From an uncultured Acidobacteriota bacterium (GTDB lineage Bacteria; Acidobacteriota; Thermoanaerobaculia; UBA5066; DATFVB01): a DNA stretch of 64,000 nt. The number at the start of each line of letters is the position of its first letter. Position 1 is the stretch's first letter. The stretch lies in contig CAWEYG010000002.1 of the NCBI GenBank assembly GCA_963813155.1, positions 576,001-640,000 of the forward strand. Direction: 5' to 3'. The notes beneath the pieces are model-generated. The model ran no database searches, was not told where the DNA came from, and saw nothing but the letters and a program-made list of their open reading frames with translations. The translations under genes and the position numbers were made by a program. Shown here piece after piece: positions 59,078 to 64,000 of the stretch.

Positions 59078-60920
59078 TCAAGAAACGGGCTCAGCCTTCC
59101 GAACCCCCCGCCGCGCGGCGAGAAGCCCTGCCGCCGCGAGGCCGCAGAAGATCCCCAACACGACCGGTCCGAGGAGCGAGAGCCAGTCCGACGGCGTGGA
59201 GGGCGAGAGAAGCCGGGCGATCCGCCCGTTGAGGTCGAAAACCGCTCCCGGCTTTCGGCGCATCGCCTTCGCGGCGTCGAGCAGGGCCGAAACGAGCAGT
59301 GCGCCAGCGACGCTCAGCCGATCGCGATTCCCAAAGCCCAAAGCACGAGCGTTCCGCTGCGAGAAGCCCGGCCGCCGCGAGGCCGCAGAAGAGGCCGAGA
59401 ACAATGGGACCGAGGACCGAGAGCCAGTCCGACGGCGAGGCGGGCGAGACGAGCCGGGCGAGCTGCCCGCGCAGGTCGAAAACCGCTCCCGGCTTTCCGC
59501 GCATCGCCTTCGCGGCGTCGAGCAGGGCGGAGACGAACAGCGCGCCGGCGACACCCACGATCGCGGCTGCGAAACCCGCCAGCGCGAGCGCCGTTCGCGT
59601 GACGGGCTCTCTCGGACGGACGTCCTCGATCTCGAAGTCCGGCTCGCGGACGCCCGGAGCGACGAAGCGCGACAGCATGATGAGCCCGGGCACGGACGCG
59701 AAGATCGTCACGACGAAGAACGGCGTCCAGCCGAGCGCGTCGACGAGAATTCCCGCGGGCGCGCCGGCGAGCGTGCGGCCGAGCGCGAAGACGCTCGCGA
59801 ACAGCGCGTACTGGGTGGCCGAAAATCGTTTCTGCGTCAGGCGGATCAGGAAAACGTCGAGCGCCCCCGTCGCGAGGCCCTGGCATCCCGTCTCGAGCGC
59901 GGTCGCCGCGTACATGACGAGCCTCATCGAGAAGGGCTGCCCGGCGCTGCCCGCCGTGGGGATTCCGGCCAGTCGGTCCACCGCGACGTACCCGAGGCAC
60001 GCGACGGCCTGCAGGACGCCGAAGATCCACAGCGCGCGGCCGACGCCGATCTTTTTCGTCAGCGCCGCGCCGACGATAGTGCCCGCGATGATGAAAACCA
60101 GCCCGATCGTCAGGGTCGCGAGCCCGACGTCGGCCGGAGAGAAGCGCTTTTCGATGAGGAACGGCCGGACGAGCGCGGTCGCCATGTTGTCGCCGAGCTT
60201 GTAGAGCAGGATGAAAAGAATGATCGCGGTCGCCCGCGGCTTGCGGAAAAGCGACACGAACGGATCAAAAACGGCGTCGCGAAGCGTGACGGGCGGGCGG
60301 ATCGACGCGGGGGGCTCGGGCGACGCGATGACGACGGCCATCAGCGGAACGTAGAGCAGCGCGAGCCCGAGAAAGACCGTCGACCATCCGATCGAATTGC
60401 CGAGCGCGATCGCGACGCCTCCCGCGGCGAGCATCGCGGCCCGGTACAGGGCGACGCGGCCGCCGACCGCCACGCCCAGCTCGTCTTTCTGGAGGACCTC
60501 GACCGCGTAACCGTCGATCGCGATGTCCTGGCTCGCGGAGCAGAACGCGATGAAAGTCGCGACCGCGGCGACGACCGCGACTCTCGGGTTTGCTCCCTCG
60601 AGAGCGAGCGCCGCGATTCCGGCCAGGAGGAGGACCTGGAACAGCAGCATCCAGGAGCGCTTGCGGCCGAGGAACGGGAGGCGGTAGCGGTCCATCAGCG
60701 GCGCCCACAGGAACTTGAACGTCCACGGCGCCTGCGCCAGGGAAAAAAGGCCGATCGTCCGAATGTCGACGCCGCGGTATTTCAGCCAGGCGGGAAGGGC
60801 GATCCAGATCAGGCCGAGAGGAAGCCCTGAGGAAAACGACTGCAGCACGACGGCGCCGACGCGCCACGAGCCGAACGCGGCCTTCAGGCTCGCAACCGTC
60901 CCGACCCGCCGCTTTTCCAT
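59078..60920 (-). CDS. ampG: AmpG-family muropeptide MFS permease (3' end duplicated and frameshifted)
   Basis: SSGLP, PWTFKFLWAPLMD, SASQDIAIDGY, YKLGD, ATQYAL. Confidence 0.88.
59118..59552. repeat. Diverged tandem duplication of about 194 bp (59118-59311 and 59359-59552)
   Basis: Both copies encode VAGAL.VSALLDAAKAMR.KPGAVFDL..SDWLS.LGP.VLG.FCGLAAAGLLAA; offset 241 bp. Confidence 0.9.
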
Positions 60921-60941
60921 GCCGCGGAGCTTACTCCGCCC

Positions 60942-61448
60942 CTACTCCTGGTTCGTGTTGACGATCGCCCAGAACACGAGATCCGTCGGCTTCGGGTCTT
61001 TCCCCATCGAGCGGATCATCGTCGAGATCTGGCCGCGGTGGTACGAGGCGTGGTTGACGGCGTGGCGGAAGACCGCCCAGTAGGGGACCTTCTTCACGCT
61101 TCCCTGCAGGTTCTTGTACGCGAGGATCTCGCTTCGGCGTTCCGGAGACGTCCCGAGGACGAAACGGGTCAGCACCGCGTCTGCTTCTTCGAGCAGGCGA
61201 ACGGCGGAATCGAGCTCCGGAACGTCCGTTCCGGTCAGGAGTCGCGAGGGGGAATTCCCGAGAAAACGATCGTGCCACGCCCTCGTCGCGGACCCGATGT
61301 GCACGAGAGTGTCGCGCACGCTCGGCCACCCTCCCCCGATCTTCCGCTCGTACTCCTCCGTCGTCAGCTCCCGGCACGAGGCAACGGTTCGCTCGTTGGC
61401 CCACCGGTTGTACGCGTAGAGATTCTCGAAGTCGTCGGCGATCAGCAC
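60942..61448 (-). CDS. DinB family protein
   Basis: YNRWAN..SVRDTLVH..HAVNHASYHRGQ. Confidence 0.88.
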   Translation of the reverse strand: MLIADDFENLYAYNRWANERTVASCRELTTEEYERKIGGGWPSVRDTLVHIGSATRAWHDRFLGNSPSRLLTGTDVPELDSAVRLLEEADAVLTRFVLGTSPERRSEILAYKNLQGSVKKVPYWAVFRHAVNHASYHRGQISTMIRSMGKDPKPTDLVFWAIVNTNQE

Positions 61449-62392
61449 GCCGGATCCTCGACGATCGTGTTCGTCAGCGTTCCCAGCCCTCCGGCCGACA
61501 GCGAGATCCGGTCGCCGGGCCGCAGCCACTGGTCTTTCGTCACTTTCGATCCGTTCAGCTCCAGAAAGCACCCGGTGCCGACCGTGCCGGAGCCGATCAC
61601 GTCGCCGGGGAAGAGCGTCACCCCGTCTCCCGCCCGCTGGAGGATCTGTGCGAACGTCCAGTTCATGTCCGACGCATTGCCCTCGGAGACCTGGACGCCG
61701 TTGACCTCCGCGGTCATCCGGGAGTCGAAGACGTTGCCGCGATCGGTCGAGGTCAGGCGGCCCGCGAGCTCGTCGGCGGTGACGAGGTACGGTCCGAGCG
61801 CCGTCGCGAAGTCCTTCCCTTTCGCCGGCCCGAGGTTCAGCTTCATCTCCTCCATCTGCAGGGCACGGGCGGAGAAGTCGTTCATGATCGTGTAGCCGAA
61901 GATCGCGCGGTCGGCCTCTTCGATCGTCGGGTTGAGCACCTCGCGCCCGACGACGACCGCGATCTCGAGCTCGAAGTCGAGCCGGTCGAGCCGGCCCCTC
62001 CCGACGCGAAGCTCCCCGGGACCGATCACGGCCTGGTGGTTCGTGAAGTAGAACACCGGGAACTGGTCGAACTCCGGGATCATCGGAAGGCCGCGGTTCT
62101 TTCGGGCCGTCTCGACGTGCTGGCGGAACGCGTACCCGTCGCGCATGGACGACGGACGGGGAAGCGGCGAACGCAGAACCGCGTGTTCCTCCGCGATGAG
62201 CGCGCCGGACGGAAACGTTCCGTCCCCCGCGAGGACGCTCTTCGCGATCGGCAGCAGGGAGGCCGATCGGCGGATGAACTCCTCCATGGGGACGTTCAAC
62301 TCCGGAACCATTGATGCAAGGTCGATGATTCCGTGGCTCGTCTTCGCGCCGATCCTCTCCCGCCCACCGTGCAAAAAAGTGACGAGTTTCAC
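61442..62392 (-). CDS. Fumarylacetoacetate hydrolase family protein
   Basis: RDGYAFRQHV, FYFTN, LDFELE, NDFSARALQ, KGKDF, GSGTVG. Confidence 0.9.
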   Translation of the reverse strand: MKLVTFLHGGRERIGAKTSHGIIDLASMVPELNVPMEEFIRRSASLLPIAKSVLAGDGTFPSGALIAEEHAVLRSPLPRPSSMRDGYAFRQHVETARKNRGLPMIPEFDQFPVFYFTNHQAVIGPGELRVGRGRLDRLDFELEIAVVVGREVLNPTIEEADRAIFGYTIMNDFSARALQMEEMKLNLGPAKGKDFATALGPYLVTADELAGRLTSTDRGNVFDSRMTAEVNGVQVSEGNASDMNWTFAQILQRAGDGVTLFPGDVIGSGTVGTGCFLELNGSKVTKDQWLRPGDRISLSAGGLGTLTNTIVEDPAC

Positions 62393-62400
62393 GTCTTCCC

Positions 62401-63999
62401 TTACAGCACGAACGGTATCGGGACCATGTACCAGGTCTTGACCGCGACTCCGTTCTTTTCCGCCGGAACGAACGTCCACTGCCGGACCGCCTTTTCCGCC
62501 GCCTGCGGAAGGCCCACATTGCGGCCGGGATCCCGCACGACCCGCACGTCCTCGACTCTCCCGGTTTCCGTCACGAGCACGCTCAGCACCACCGTCCCGC
62601 TGATGTTCATCCTTCGGGCGATCGACGGGTACTCCGGCTTCACGACGCTGGCGATCTGCGGAGCGCGGTCGAGCTCCGCCGAACCGACGAGGTCTCCGCG
62701 GCGCGTCGCGGGAGCTGCCGGAGCCGGCGAGACCGGAGCGGCGGCCGAGCTCGAAAGGGGCGAGACCGGAATCGGCGCCGGCCGCGCGGCGCCGCCGGCC
62801 GGAGGAGCGGCGGCCGTGCCTCCGACGGGGATCCGTTTCGGCGCGGAGAGGCCGGCAGACATCGGTGCCGGCACGGGCTTGAGCGAGGCGACCCGGTTTT
62901 CGGCCTGCACCCTCGCGAGCTTCGTCTTCTGCTCCGCTTCCAACTTCCTGACTTCCTCGGCGAGCCGGCGTGCGACTTCGTTCTTGAACTCCGCCTGCGT
63001 CATGCCTGCGGTCGGCGCCGGCGCGGCTGCGGCGGCCGGAGGGCGCGCCGAGGCCGACGCCGGGACCGTGGTCGCGGAGGAACCCGCCGCGGTCGAGCTT
63101 GCGGCCGAAGGCGGCTCCAGCGCCGCGGCCGGCTTCGGTACCGGTTGCGGAAACAGAGGGCGGCCCTTGATGCGCAGCAGGTAGATCGAGCCCCACAGCA
63201 GGAGGATCCCCAGAATCGCTCCCCCGATGATCTTGGGCAGCGGCAACTTCTTTTCCGACGTGTCGTCCACGGCCGCGACGGTGACCCCGAACCGGGGAGC
63301 CGCGACGAGCCGCGGGGGGCGAGCGGTGACGGCAGGCCGGGGATATCGGCTCGCATCCCAGCCGCTCTCTTCTTTCCGGTGCGCCTGTTCGGCCCCGATT
63401 TCCGCCTTCAGCAGGTTCGTGAGGAAGAACGCGAAGTTGAACGTGGAAGGCGCGTATTTGCCCGAGAAGAGCAGCTTGCCGAGCTCGCGGCGCAGGGCGC
63501 CGGCGGTCTCGTAACGGTTGTCGGGCGATTCGGCGAGTGCGACCTTCAGGACCGCCGAGATGTCGGCGGGAATGGCCTCTTCGCCGCCGAAGAGCTTCAG
63601 CTCACCGGCGAGGGCAGGCGCGGGATCGAGCGGCGGAGGCGCCCCGGTCAGCATCTCGACGAGGATGGCGGCCGTGGAGTAGACGTCGCCGGTGCGGGTC
63701 GGCTTTCCGGAGGATCGAACTTCCGGCGCGAGGAACGGAAACAGCAGTCCCTGCACGGACGCCGCAGAGCGCGAGGCGAGAACGCCCTCCGCGAGGCCGA
63801 AGCCGACGAGCCGCGTTTCTCCCTCGTCCGAGATGTCCACGAAGCCCGGCCAGACGAGCCCGTGGAGCGTGCGCTCGCCGTCGATCAGCGAGTTGTAGGC
63901 GTGGTCGAGGCCCGTCGCGATTTTCTCCGCGATCAGGAGGGAGTGTTCGATGGGAATCGGAAACGGGCGCTTGCGGGAGATCTCGATCAGCGCATCGAG
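62401..63999 (-). CDS. Pseudokinase-TM-TonB C-terminal domain fusion (5' end outside the window)
   Basis: Kinase C-lobe with HGLVWPGF, GFG, APE, DVYS; TM IIGGAILGILLLWG; Pro/Ala linker; PEYPSIARR..GTVVLSVLV..G.V..AVRQWTF.PA..NG. Confidence 0.8.
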   Translation of the reverse strand, partial: LDALIEISRKRPFPIPIEHSLLIAEKIATGLDHAYNSLIDGERTLHGLVWPGFVDISDEGETRLVGFGLAEGVLASRSAASVQGLLFPFLAPEVRSSGKPTRTGDVYSTAAILVEMLTGAPPPLDPAPALAGELKLFGGEEAIPADISAVLKVALAESPDNRYETAGALRRELGKLLFSGKYAPSTFNFAFFLTNLLKAEIGAEQAHRKEESGWDASRYPRPAVTARPPRLVAAPRFGVTVAAVDDTSEKKLPLPKIIGGAILGILLLWGSIYLLRIKGRPLFPQPVPKPAAALEPPSAASSTAAGSSATTVPASASARPPAAAAAPAPTAGMTQAEFKNEVARRLAEEVRKLEAEQKTKLARVQAENRVASLKPVPAPMSAGLSAPKRIPVGGTAAAPPAGGAARPAPIPVSPLSSSAAAPVSPAPAAPATRRGDLVGSAELDRAPQIASVVKPEYPSIARRMNISGTVVLSVLVTETGRVEDVRVVRDPGRNVGLPQAAEKAVRQWTFVPAEKNGVAVKTWYMVPIPFVL

Positions 64000-64000
64000 C

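Overview
A very GC-rich bacterial chromosomal window. Gene content and style suggest Acidobacteriota, probably Thermoanaerobaculia-like (inference). About 65 genes can be supported, plus an initiator tRNA-Met. They include: a near-complete 'eukaryote-type' kynurenine pathway cluster (TDO, KMO, KynU, HAD, ACMSD, aminomuconate-semialdehyde dehydrogenase, RidA-type deaminase); three c-di-GMP enzymes; an acyltransferase + ketosynthase + chain-length-factor-like mini operon with no ACP; two DUF3857/transglutaminase genes; a MazF-type TA pair; a Ser/Thr kinase-TPR gene followed by a small Cys-rich secreted protein; and a pseudokinase-TM-TonB fusion cut by the window end. About ten apparent frameshifts in otherwise intact genes point to uncorrected indel errors. 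The most interesting observations are: (1) a colinear multi-block motif shared by the long 5' leaders of two RRM RNA-binding-protein paralogues 16 kb apart; (2) the pseudokinase-TonB architecture; (3) the ACP-less KS/CLF/acyltransferase operon; (4) many apparently leaderless promoters, including back-to-back divergent ones; (5) two highly structured elements in the 15.6-15.95 kb intergenic gap; (6) a duplicated 37-bp repeat downstream of tRNA-fMet that is complementary to the tRNA T-arm. All family assignments come from motif recognition; no database search was run.
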